Positions 1 to 11,569 of a DNA stretch of 64,000 nucleotides are shown piece after piece. Numbering within the stretch: the stretch's first letter is position 1; each line of letters begins with the position of its first letter. The position numbers were made by a program, and so were the translations under genes. The notes below the pieces were generated by a model. It was not told the origin of the DNA. It saw nothing but the letters and a program-made list of their open reading frames with translations, and searched no databases. This DNA comes from Tubiluchus corallicola (Eukaryota; Animalia; Priapulida): the NCBI GenBank assembly GCA_030141605.1, contig JAQGDQ010000023.1, forward strand, positions 992,001 to 1,056,000, in the 5' to 3' direction.

Positions 1-82
1 ATTATACGTTTTTTAAACAGTTAAGTTCCGCCATTATATACAGTCGGGCCCCCCCAATTTTTTTTGGTGCACGGCGCCCCTG
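1..82 (+). mobile_element. Right end of a hAT-type MITE (same family as 19471-20317)
   Basis: 81 of 82 nt identical to 20236-20317; ends in TIR ...GGCGCCCCTG. Confidence 0.85.
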
Positions 83-507
83 ACAAAAGGTTTTACAACA
101 GATGCACTCATAAAAAAAAACAAGACCTCAAGCTTAATGCAGATCACCAGGAAGAACCCAAAACAGAAAACAAGGAATTATAAGAGAAAAACAAAAAAAC
201 AGAAAATGATGTTTTACGAAATAAGTATTGCTTGACTCGTGAAAATGAGTCAATGAGTGAGGAAAAAGGCAGCCTGTATCACAACTGCAATAAATTTTGT
301 TTTGTAGACATTTTTTGTTTCTTGTGTGCTGTTTCACAAATTCGTCATACTTTGAAAAATTGAAATCCTTAAGCTGACCAAAAACATGAAAAGGCTAAGT
401 TATGCGCTTGCAAGGATGCATCAATGTGACTCTGCATGGTAGGAATAACGAAATTTAGACAGCCGTTAGCTGTCTCTCATTCCCTCAAATCTTTAACTAC
501 AGCTTAC

Positions 508-621
508 CAATCTGTCTGGAGTTATCATCTCTTCAAAATCATGCCTGTCTTCTTCCTCCTTCTCGTCCGCATCGTTAGAATCATTTAGAAATCCCATATC
601 ATTGTTGTAGGACTGTGACAT
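508..621 (-). CDS. Probable first coding exon of a second gene (MSQSYNNDMGFLNDSNDADEKEEEDRHDFEEMITPDRL), continuing left of the window
   Basis: Polypyrimidine acceptor ttttctattcag at 669-680, in-frame upstream stop, ATG with A at -3, 38 open acidic codons, strong donor TTG|gtaagc at 506-507. Confidence 0.6.
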
Positions 622-1849
622 GATCCTGTTAGATCCTTAGATACATTTAAGGTTATATGGCAAAACATCTGAATAGAAAAAATACAACCATGATATAATT
701 ACAAAGATAAGCCAACAAAGGAGGAAAGTATGCACTAGATAACATGATTGCCTTTTTGCTAAAAATGAAGCAAAACTAAGTATTTGTTCTATGATCAATT
801 CCTAAGAATTCTAACAATGAGCAATTGTTTTCAAAAAGTGCAAAAAAAGATACTGAACATTCCAAATTTTCCAATCAAAAACGTGCTTCATAGTGAGTGG
901 GTGGAGAGAATTCCTAGTAAGAGGGTATCTAGAACAAATTGCAATAGAATTTTTCTCTTCAGATTCTGTTAGATTAGAATGTAGTTTCAGGTACCCACAA
1001 CAAAAAAAATCTGCCAAAATCGGCTTTGCTACTTTTGAAATATATGCATAAATCCAAGATGGCACTTCCTGGGTCATAGGTGAAAACGACAGCATTTTTG
1101 CAAGTTTCATGATAACGTCAAATATTATAATGACGTAATTAGGAACATCATGGCTTCACTTTTGTTAAAAATGGGTCACTATAATTGATTTTTCATTACC
1201 AGTACTTGTAATAGAAATGAAAATCAGTTACAGATTGACCATGCATGTCATCAGTGTCCATAAATATCATTTCCTTTCTAGATGGTGCCTATGGAGGTCA
1301 AAAATCGATTGCTTCTAAACAATTGATCCTAGAAGGAAATTATGATTTAACGTCTGATAGGAACGGTGATCACTGGAATTGGTTACTCACACCCAGCACA
1401 ATTCCTCATTGGTATCAAAGTCATATTAGCAGATGCAACGTATGACACATAGGTGACTTCAGTGGCAAAAGTCAAGGTAGCTGAGCTATCAGCAGAAAAG
1501 GTGCACATCTTACTGCCATATACAACAGAATTAGCATGACACAACTGTCTAGTAGAAGAACTTGATCATTAACATAAATGATATTTTAGTTAGACCAAAC
1601 CTTTACCGAAAGGCTCCTAAATAGCTGGATGAGAGTCAATCGATCACAATAGACCAGGTGGGGCGAGTTGTTGCATGATATAGCTTTACAGAACAATACA
1701 AAAACGGCAAAGACACAAGGAGAATTACATTCTGCTGCACAAAGGTAGTATGGGACATTGTAATATTTGTAGAAGTTTGGGTGGGGGTGCCATTCCATTA
1801 CTGTTGCTCCTGTAATCAGCAGGTGTGATACAGTATCGCACGTGTTTGC

Positions 1850-2700
1850 CACTATCTTGAAACTTAGCTGTATAGACCAAGAAACTAGATGACACTGGAT
1901 GCATTATTATGGACCCTAATGCAAATCAGCAACAAATAGCTGATGTACGATAGAGGGTGTTAGTTTATCTTTACAGGAGAGGAATGGAAGACGTGAATAA
2001 TATACAAGTAAACAAAGATAGCCTAAAAAGGCATATACCAGCATTTATAGTCAATAAACTACTAAGTACTATGAATTTAAATTAAAGAAGAAAACTGGAC
2101 AAAGTGTGGCATATGCAGAGAATTATCTAGACATCTCTGCTTTATTGATGACGTGCTATTTTTGGGCAACTTTTATAACACTCTCAAATATCATTACTGC
2201 CACGTAAAACTAAGAAGTGGAGTTAAATCGAGAAGGTGAGACTAACATAGCAGCTTCAATGCTGAATCTTAACACTACTAGTGAAACTTTTAAGGACAAA
2301 ACTCTGTATGACAAACATAACAATGTCAGTTTTAATGACTACCCTATAGGACAATTCACCCCAGTCAGCAGTAACGAAGAAAGAACATTACATCAGCTAT
2401 CAAAATAAAAATGTTAAGCTATGGTGCAAAAGATTGTAAATAATGTCTATGAAGTAGCAAGTTTTAGGCACTCGTGCGAAAAATTGTGAATAGACAAGCA
2501 AATGTGACACAAGTGTCAGGTGACTATAAAAAATAAATTGGAACACAGGAAATGCAACAGCATTGTTAAGCAAAGACTTACTGTAATTTTAAAAGGATAT
2601 GTATTTCTAAAATTTGTGAAATTTAATGTATATGAGTCAGCCTGAAGCTGAACTAGTAGAAGTATTTGAACTAGCTAAACATGTGATTCTAAATTAAACT
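1850..2700 (+). mobile_element. Decayed Penelope-like retroelement RT fragment (boundaries approximate)
   Basis: Remnants resembling GIPMG.N..P.IAD (about 1900-1945), FIDD (about 2140-2152) and LYDK.N...F...P (ORF 2217-2408), then a degenerate CTGAAG..AAACATGT pseudo-LTR motif. Confidence 0.6.
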
Positions 2701-2956
2701 TTCCCATACAAAAAACTATATTAGCTATACTCCAGCCAGCTAAACTTTGTATCAAATTTTCATTTATTACAAAATTACAGCAATGTTGTACAGTGTACAT
2801 AGCAATAATGTTCCTAAATCATCATTTAACAGAATAATAATGTACACACTCAGTTTTGTTATTTTAAGGAATCAAGTGCATCTCTCATTGTAAAGATATC
2901 ACAAATGAATTTAGTTACCATGCTAATAGTTACTGTTTTTGTACTGTTCTCAGCTA

Positions 2957-4129
2957 CAGTAGGTAGTCACTTTGGGACCCACGTATTTTGACCCAATTAA
3001 CAGACTGAATCTATTAACTGACAGAAGTAGTATTACTAGTACAGAAGCATGAATCATCAGTTTAGTATGCACTGCAAAGGCTTTTAATGAATTTCAGAAA
3101 GCAAAGTAATGCCTAAATTCCTATCCAGTTATTTAAAAATATAAATTTACAAAGTGAATTAATAAAAAAGTTTTCTTTTCTAAATCACACAAATCTGTTT
3201 ATTTACAAAAACTCCTTCAAGGTTGGCTGCTTCATTTTTTGCGAAGAAGTCGGGTTGCAAAGTCCTCATAATGATAAAAATGTTGAAAATCTGTTGCTAG
3301 GTGATGCACACATTCCGTTAAAATACTTAGTGCTTGGCCTGCTGAAACTGCAGTTGTTGGCGAGTGAAGTGAGGCAGTTCTGAATCGTGTGTTCAGTGAC
3401 ATTACTCAAGGACAGCCAATAAATTCAGTGAATTGAGAAGGCAGGTTTTTTAGCCAGGTCATTTGCGCTTAACTAAGAAGTTACGTCATAGGAATCTATC
3501 GCTTCTAAAACTCTTGACCACATTTCTTTTAATCCACTGTTTTAATGAAGTACATGGGTACAGTGATTTTCCACTTTAAGCCCGGCTTCTATTTCGCTAA
3601 CCATTCATTAAATAACACAGCTGCCATCCAAGCATTCGAGTTTGTACAGTAATCTACCAACAACTTTGCAACACTTTATTGTATACACTACCGTTATCCC
3701 TTGGATAACAGCAACAGCTAATCGATTAAACATTCTGTGAAAGGCAGAGAGAGTCTCAAAAGTAAACTGCTAGACAAGTAATTAAATGTTTAGCTTCCAG
3801 AAATTCTTGGGTAAGGCGGTTAATTGCAGCGGATGGGCCAGTCACAGCAAAACCGCTAGGCTAGCCCATATGCGCATGACAGACGTTCTTGCTTACAAAC
3901 AAAATGGCACTTAACATTATTGTTTCTACGCAAAAGCTATAAAAGCTTATTGGTCACACACAATGTCTTACTTTAAGGGTGTGAAGCAAAATATTGAGTC
4001 AGTCATGCGGAGTTATGTGAGTCAATTACCGTTAGTTTTTATATACATTTGAATAGAAGCAGCCTGTGTTTTTGAGTTAGTTAAGCGACTGATCCTATTA
4101 ACAGTGTGCTTAATAAATGGCACCTACTG
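2957..4129 (-). mobile_element. pogo/Tigger-like non-autonomous DNA transposon, copy A
   Basis: TA|CAGTAGGT ... ACCTACTG|TA termini; minus-strand DDE remnant VDYCTNSNAWMAAVLFNEWL; homologous to three other copies in the window. Confidence 0.85.
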
Positions 4130-4739
4130 TATTTATAAAAAACTGACGAATGTCAGTGAATGAAAAATTAACGTTAGAAATCTCACAAAGTAAATGTTTA
4201 GTTTGCTGATTATATCCTGTACTAAAGATCTAAATCTGTCTACTAAAGTGAAATCCGTCTTCTTTTTCATTAACGTCATAATGTTTGCATGATTTCAGAC
4301 TCAGGTTAACAGGGATTTTGGAATTTCAGTAAAAATTATGTTTTCCTTCCAAATCTGTGCAAAAAATTCACTATATTTTTTACCATAAAATTTTACAATT
4401 AAGCCTTTTTTATTTTATTCACTTATACTCTGAAGCTGGCAAAAATTAGGTGGCAGTGTCAGGGAATGGTTATAGGCAAATTAAATGTGCAAATGATTGA
4501 TCATCTAGGGACCAAAAAATACCTAAACCCGAAGTATTTTTAATTTTCTTTTAAAATGGTCAGAATTTCCCTATTCTAGGGAGGTGTCTGACAGCAATAG
4601 TGACACAGACACTGTTGTCAATTATGACTACTATTTTGCAGGAAGGTATAGAAGCACATGATTGACCAGGTGTATTAGCTGAACAATCTAATGTAAATGT
4701 TAAAAAAATTAGTTTGTTATTATTTTAATGCAAGATAAG

Positions 4740-5221
4740 TATTCGGACTTATTGTATTTTATTTACACTAATAATCCCGATATTGTAGCTGTAACCGACA
4801 CGTAGTTCCATGGTGACATTGATTCTTCTGAATTCGTACCACATGATTATGAGATCGTCTAGCTACCGAACCATCAAAAGGTGGTAGTGGTGTTTTGTTT
4901 TTGGTTAAATCTGTTTTTTGTCCTGGGCTTAACAGGGATATTGTCTGTAATGGTGAAATTTTGTGGATCACCTGACATTTGTCTAGTTGTAACAAAATTA
5001 CTTTGGGAGTACGTTGCCGTATTCCAAGTGGTGATTTGGTAAACCTTACTAATATTTGTGAAAGTATTGCGCAAGCTTCTTCTTTTGGTTACTTCTCCTT
5101 TTGTCGTATTAGGAGATTTTAATTTACCAGACATTGCTTGCTAATCTTGTTAATAAATGTTATTTTGCTTGTTGATCTGTTTGTTTATTTGATGTGATTG
5201 TACCATGAGTATGAATAAAAA

Positions 5222-5255
<34 letters not shown>

Positions 5256-7700
5256 TATATGATATATATATATAGATTGGGTAAATTATACTAGTTCTAG
5301 TGAATTATTTTTAAATACACTTGAAGATAATCTATTAGCACAATGAGTTTTGTCAGCTGCTCATAATGATACTAGTGATCATAATTCTATATACTTTGAA
5401 TGGACATATGTAGTTACGTAAATACCAATAACTATAACAAAGTTGTTAAATTGTTTAGCAAGGCCAATTTTAGATATGCTAATAATGCATTCAGTGCTTA
5501 TCATTGGGAACAAGATTTTTGTGGTAGAGATATAGACAGTTGCTGAAGTCTATTTGTCAATAGATATAATACTGTTGTAAATGATATCCCTGCAAAGCAG
5601 TTTTCAGCTGGTACATCTGTTAAACCGGCATGGCAGAAGTCAGCAATTGTAACATAAAAGTGCAAACAAAAGGCTAAAGCATGGAAGAAGTATACTCATT
5701 ATCATTCTTACGCACACAAATCACTCTTCAATGAGTCTACTAAAGCCTTGGGAACTCTTTGATTGAATCTTGTAAAATATATGAGAGAAACTTGGTTTTA
5801 AATGCCAAACCTAACCCTAGAATTTTTTCAACTACACCAACCAGTTCATAAAGCCTAAGAATTCTATTGATAATTTACTTAGGTCTGCTGATAAAGTCTT
5901 AGTGGAGGACTTTAGTGGATAAAGCTGAAGTTTAAACGATTTTTTCACGTCAGTATTTATTGCAAAATCTAACGTCAGTCTGAATGTGTAGGCCCAACTC
6001 TTAGTCGGGTGTTTGAGAAAGTGAACTTTTCCATTCACTCTGCAATAAAGCAGCGACAAAAAATAGATGCAACTAAAGCAAAACGTCTCAATGAAATCAT
6101 TCCACTGATGTAGACGAATTGTGCACATGTCCTTGGCAAACCGTTTTATTTCTTGTTCAGAAAGTCCTTAGATTCATCACAACTGTCACAGGATTGATGT
6201 GATGCCAATGCGTCTCTACTGCCAAAAAAGGGTCCAAGGAAATTAAGCAATCATCATCCAGTTTCTTTGACAAGCATCATAGTGAAGACATTAGAATGTA
6301 ATTCAGGAACAATTCGTTGAGTTTTGTTTAGCTGAGAACTTGATCAATCTGCATAACCATGGGTTGCAGAAATGTAAATCTTGCTCATCTAATCTCATTG
6401 AAGTCCTTGATGTTTGGACTACGACTTGTGATAACCTACGAGAAGGTGTAGACGTGATATACCTTGACTGTCATAAATCCTTCGCCACCGTGCCACATAA
6501 GCTTTTACTAGCTAAAAGTCTACATTACTATTAGAGGTTGTATTCTTAAATGGATAAAGGCTTTCTTAGTTAATCATTGATAGCAGGTGGTCATAAATGG
6601 CACATGTTCTAGTTGGAGCCATGTTACTAGCAGAGTTCCGTAAGGATTTGTATTAGAATCTATTTTGTTTTTACTGTTCGTTAATGATCTACCAGATTCA
6701 GTCACTCTGGATATTAGTATGTTCTACCAATGAAACTAAAGCATACACCAAAGTGCTTTCTACAGTTGATTCATTCTGCCTTCAGCAGGATTTGTAGTTC
6801 CAGTTGTAATTGCTGATGCAGCTTAATGCTGACAAATGTGTAGTGTTACAATTTAAAGCACAAATTCCAGTGCAGTATTATTTGAATGCCAAAGAGTTAA
6901 CAAATGTTTTACAACATAATGATCTTGGTGTAATTACTTCTCACGACCTTAAACCTTCTGCTTATATAACTAAAACATGTAAGAAGGCAAACAGGCTGAT
7001 TGGTTTGATCTAGCGATCTTTTGTTAATCGTGAGTCGAAACAGTTTTAACTCTGTATAAGGCAGACATACGACGCATGCTGAAGTATTCAAGCGTAGTCT
7101 GGTCTCCTTCATTTCAGTCTGATATCAAGCGATTACAGAAAGTCCCAGAAGCCAATATTCATGTTATACAGTTGATATACGTACAGAGATATGCACTTTC
7201 CTTTCCTACAGCAAAGAGAAACGGCTTATTTACACGAGGTATATAAGTACCTGAATGGGGATATTACTTTCGTGCGAGAAAGCTGTGTCTTTACAGTCCA
7301 CTTATCGTCACTCAAAGAAATTGTTTAAACCCTACGTAAGCACTAACTATAAGATTTTGTAAGAGCACTATGGTTTCAATTGTGCCACCACTCCCCCGTC
7401 ACTTTGGTTACATCCTACTTGTGACATAGGCATTACTACTTAACTGTTAGCCTCCGCTCAATCTGGGCTTCCCTGTTGTAAGCCAGCTGTAACAATACAA
7501 CCTTAAGCTGATGAGTCTGTTGCTGTGAAACTTCTTTACTGTTTTCAATAAAATAGTTTATTTTGCTTAAATCTGTGCAGCTTTGTTACCTGTCAATGAC
7601 TTTACAATTTTCTTTTCTCTTCGTGTAGTGGACATAGCTTACCAGAGAATATTGTCAGTGCACCAAATTTAAACCAATTTAAGGAGAGATTAAGGGCTTC
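4740..7700 (+). mobile_element. Decayed CR1-type LINE (endonuclease + RT) with nested insertions
   Basis: EN remnants DIVAVTDT and VLGDFNLPDI; RT remnants PVSLTSI..K.LE, VDVIYLD..K.F.TVPH.LL and LNADKC; 3' FFS.RVV motif; many stops and frameshifts. Confidence 0.85.
7358..7606 (+). mobile_element. Solo LTR (249 bp) inserted in the CR1 3' end
   Basis: TGTAA...TTACA termini, 4-bp TSD ATTT (7354-7357 and 7607-7610), internal AATAAA; removing it rejoins the CR1 motif. Confidence 0.8.
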
Positions 7701-7899
7701 AAGATAGTTATGCTTTAGGTAGCCAATATTTTTTTATGAAAAGTTTGAACAAATTCAAGTAACTAACCACATTTATTTTACAGCATTACGCATTGCTTGA
7801 CTATCCCTACTAATTCATTTTGAAATTTTATCAACAGAATTACAGTGTACTTGACTGTAACTAATATAAATTTTGAATAAAACCATTATTCACCATAAT

Positions 7900-8045
7900 A
7901 ACGCACAACAAACAGCAGACTTATAGGGCGCCGTCTACCGCATTACCTCATAGACTGCACTAGTGTTATTGCGCATGTGCTAAATTTGTGAAACGGGACA
8001 ACCGGCGGATCTCTTGTAGGCTGTAGGACATTGAGCTTGGTATCA
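7900..8045 (-). promoter_or_regulatory. Candidate promoter / non-coding first exon of the left-hand gene
   Basis: Local CpG enrichment, NRF1-like TGCGCATGTGC (7970-7980), minus-strand donor GAG|gtaatg at 7945-7946. Confidence 0.3.
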
Positions 8046-8339
8046 GATTTTAATTGTGGGTTTCTAATAATTTGTTTAATTACTATAAAATTATAATAAT
8101 TCGTTAATGCATTAATCAGTGTAGGTGGATTAAGTTTGCTAAGACACCTAAATTTAACTTTAAAATGTGCTTAATTGAGAAAAAATTCCAGTATTTATTA
8201 ACTTTTGTCTAGTTTTGCTTTGCCCAAAGTAAAGCCATTTTCATCACCTTTTTGGTTTATTATTTTTCTATTTGCTATTTTAAGAGCAACGTTTGTCATA
8301 AATGAATGAGTACAGTGAGTGTGATATGATAATAACTTG

Positions 8340-10925
8340 CCTTTATAAAATATTTAATTCAGCTTGGCATTTAATGAGAGACTATACCCAATACAACAAC
8401 ATTCATACTTAATCGATTTAGCAAAAATGGCCCGGACCTCTATATACATGACTGATGAAATACGTACACATGTAAACACTCTGGTTAATAATGTCGAACA
8501 TTGCCTTGATGTACATGCACCATATAAAAACGTAAAACAATTCCCACAGCTAAGTAAACTCAATAACAAAAGCAGCTGGACAACACCTGAACTTGAAAAA
8601 CTAAGAATAGCAAAAATAGAATGTATAATATATTTGTGCGTCTGTATAATTTATAGACTGTATAATATATATAATTATATATATTGTAATATATAATATA
8701 TTATAATGTATGTTAAAAAATATGCACTGTAGTAGGCCAGTAATTTAAACTTTAAAAGTATGAATGTGACGTCACGGCTGGCTTATTTCGATTCTCTCTG
8801 TACCAAACAGGTTAGCGAGGGAGTTCCATTTTTGATACGAAGCAGGACTGACATATTGCTGTTATAATTTTTTCTATACCGTTATGATACTACTTCGAAT
8901 TAAAATAAAGTTTTAAAAATAAGTTACAAACGAGTTCGAGCACTTTGTCAAGAACAATGTATAATATAATATCATGTATGGAAAAAGACCAAAACTAAAA
9001 CAATCATAACAATTAAAAAAAATGAGAAATCAGTTTAATAATCTTAATAAATGATTGAAAAATAAACATATACGACAACAATGTAAAAACGCAACAAATA
9101 CTAAAGAAAAATGGAAAACTATTAACAATGGAATAAATAAATGTGCAACAAACTAACGCGTATTAACACAGTTAAAATCAACAACACTGTTATTACTGAG
9201 CCCAAAGATATTGTCAACATGTTAAATGTTAGGAGAGTGGCTTCTCAAATTAACAATAATATAATTAAATTCAAAAACAAATCGACTAACACATTATTTT
9301 CATTCACAAGCGTTACAGTAGGAGAAATTATGGACATATTAAATAACCTAAATTCTAACAAAGGGAGTGGACCATCAGATATTCCTATCAAAATTCTAAA
9401 ATATAGTGCACCTGTAATAGCCACGCATATGAATTTCATTGCTAATCAGATAATTATGAGAGGCGGATTTCCAACTGCATGGAAAATGGCAAGCGTGACT
9501 CGAACCCACAATAAAAGTCTCAAAATGTGACCCCATGAATTATCGCCCAGTTTCTGTAATACATTGTTTTTGTAAATTTGGGAAAGGATTATTTATGATC
9601 AGATAAGTTCATATGTAAATAAACATGAACTTTTATCAAAACATCAGTTTGGCTTCCGTAAACACCATTCAACCATTGACGCCCTAATAGACACTTACAG
9701 AAAACTGGAGACACAGCTCTGTCGACAAATAATACATTTTAGCGGCATTTTTAGATTTAAGTAAAGCATTCGATAGTATTAATCTCAAACTACTTTTCGA
9801 TAACTTAAAACAAATCAGATTTGATTCGATATTATTAAAACTGATACAAACTTATCTCAGAAATAGACAACAACGAGTAAAGTTAGATACAGCCAACTTT
9901 TCTGACTGGGCTATGTTAGACAGAGGTATATCATAAGGAATATTATTGGGTCCGTTATTATTTTGCCCATATATAAGCAACATATCCAGTGTATTACAAC
10001 ACTCACAAATTACACAATACGCTGATGACACTACAATCTACTAACCCATGAAAATATCCAAATTATCTAAAAAAAGATATAGGAAATAAAAATATCGCAT
10101 TTAGCCACTACAAGCTAAAAATGAATACTGATAAAACGGAATTCATGATACTGTTATCCTCATTAAGTACTATTGACTCGTCATCAACCACTTAACAATA
10201 GACAATGATGTAATCGAACAAACTAATAATGTTAAATTTCTGGGCAAACAGGGAGACAATAGACTTTTATGTGATAAGCACTTTAATAACATATACACAA
10301 AAATGGCATCTAGCACATCACATCTCCGAAAGCTTCAACAACTAACCTAAGAAAAACCTTAAAACTTAGTGTCATTGAAGCACAGAAAGAATATTTTACT
10401 CTGCTCTTTTTATATAAATACATTAACAACATCAACATAGCATTTCAAGATAATAGATTTTTTCCAAATCCTATCGTCGGCTCCAGTACAAGCAATCTAA
10501 AACAAATTAGGACAAATACCCACTATGGAACGAACTCTATAATCAAGCAAGCAATTCTACTTTGGAATTCTACCATTACAGGTTAAACAAATCAGGTCCC
10601 TATCAGCGTTCAAAACAAAACTAAAATCATTAATATTAACCAAATATGAAATACCATTACACCAGTACAACATACACACCAATGCAGAATTTATGTATCC
10701 ACGGCCATATTAACTAAATCATAATTTTTATATTTGTGAATAGTTTTATTTTATTTGTAGATATGTTTTATTTTTATTCGTCATTACTTTTCGTTACTGC
10801 ACAGTAGTTTAGATTGCACCCATGCATTTGCTTTTAGCAGTGCGTTTTTATTAACTAATACTAATTGATCATCTCTGCAAAGTCTTTATTCAGTGATTAT
10901 CAATGTATTTTAATGGCAAATAAAG
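8340..10925 (+). mobile_element. Decayed CR1/L2-group LINE, RT and 3' end
   Basis: NYRPVSV, HQFGFRKHHST, FLDLSKAFDSIN, ILGPLLF, QYADDT and KFLG remnants with frameshifts; ends near AATAAA at about 10920. Confidence 0.85.
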
Positions 10926-10927
10926 AT

Positions 10928-11001
10928 TATCACTTTTATGCCAACTCTAGAGCCAAGTATATATATATATACTTGACTCTAGAGTTGGAATAAAAGTGAT
11001 A
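10928..11001. repeat. 74-bp near-perfect palindrome with (TA)n centre
   Basis: TATCACTTTTATGCCAACTCTAGAGCCAAGTATA.. pairs with ..TATACTTGACTCTAGAGTTGGAATAAAAGTGATA with 2 mismatches. Confidence 0.9.
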
Positions 11002-11569
11002 TTTTATTTTATTGACTGTATAATGTGCGTTCAATTAATTATTTAAAGCATATTTATATTTTAAATTATTATTATTAAACAAACAAGGGGGACAGACGCT
11101 GCCACTAAGTTAAACTCGTCTCAGTTTCTGACAGATTCTGGCGCGTTATTTGGACATTCCGTTAACCCATACGCTTTAAGGGCTGGTGCGGTACATGGCG
11201 CCTTAAGGTCCACTGACATTAGCACAGCCGCGGTTATCACTTTCACGGTTATCCGGTACCGAAAAATCCGCAACTGTATCCGATCCACGGATTTTATTAT
11301 TATTATTATTATTATTAAGAACATTTAGAAAATATACGTTATTTTATAAAAGATGAGACTGGCAGGCTGTCTTAGCTCTTAAGCCAGCCTACATTGTGAA
11401 GTGGCAAAATCAAAATACATCCGTTGACATTACTTACATATAAAAAACGATAAAATATATACAAAGTGTAAATTTATCAAAATGGGGAAACATACGACTG
11501 CAAGTAGTGCAAGTTCACGCTTGCGTTGTTTTTTTAACTCGTCTGTGGATGGCAGATAAAAAATTGCTC

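Noticed and set aside
784-1852. Short ORFs from the supplied track
   Set aside because: No recognisable motifs or splice context; consistent with chance ORFs in AT-rich or decayed TE DNA, as are most other 60-110 aa ORFs in the track.
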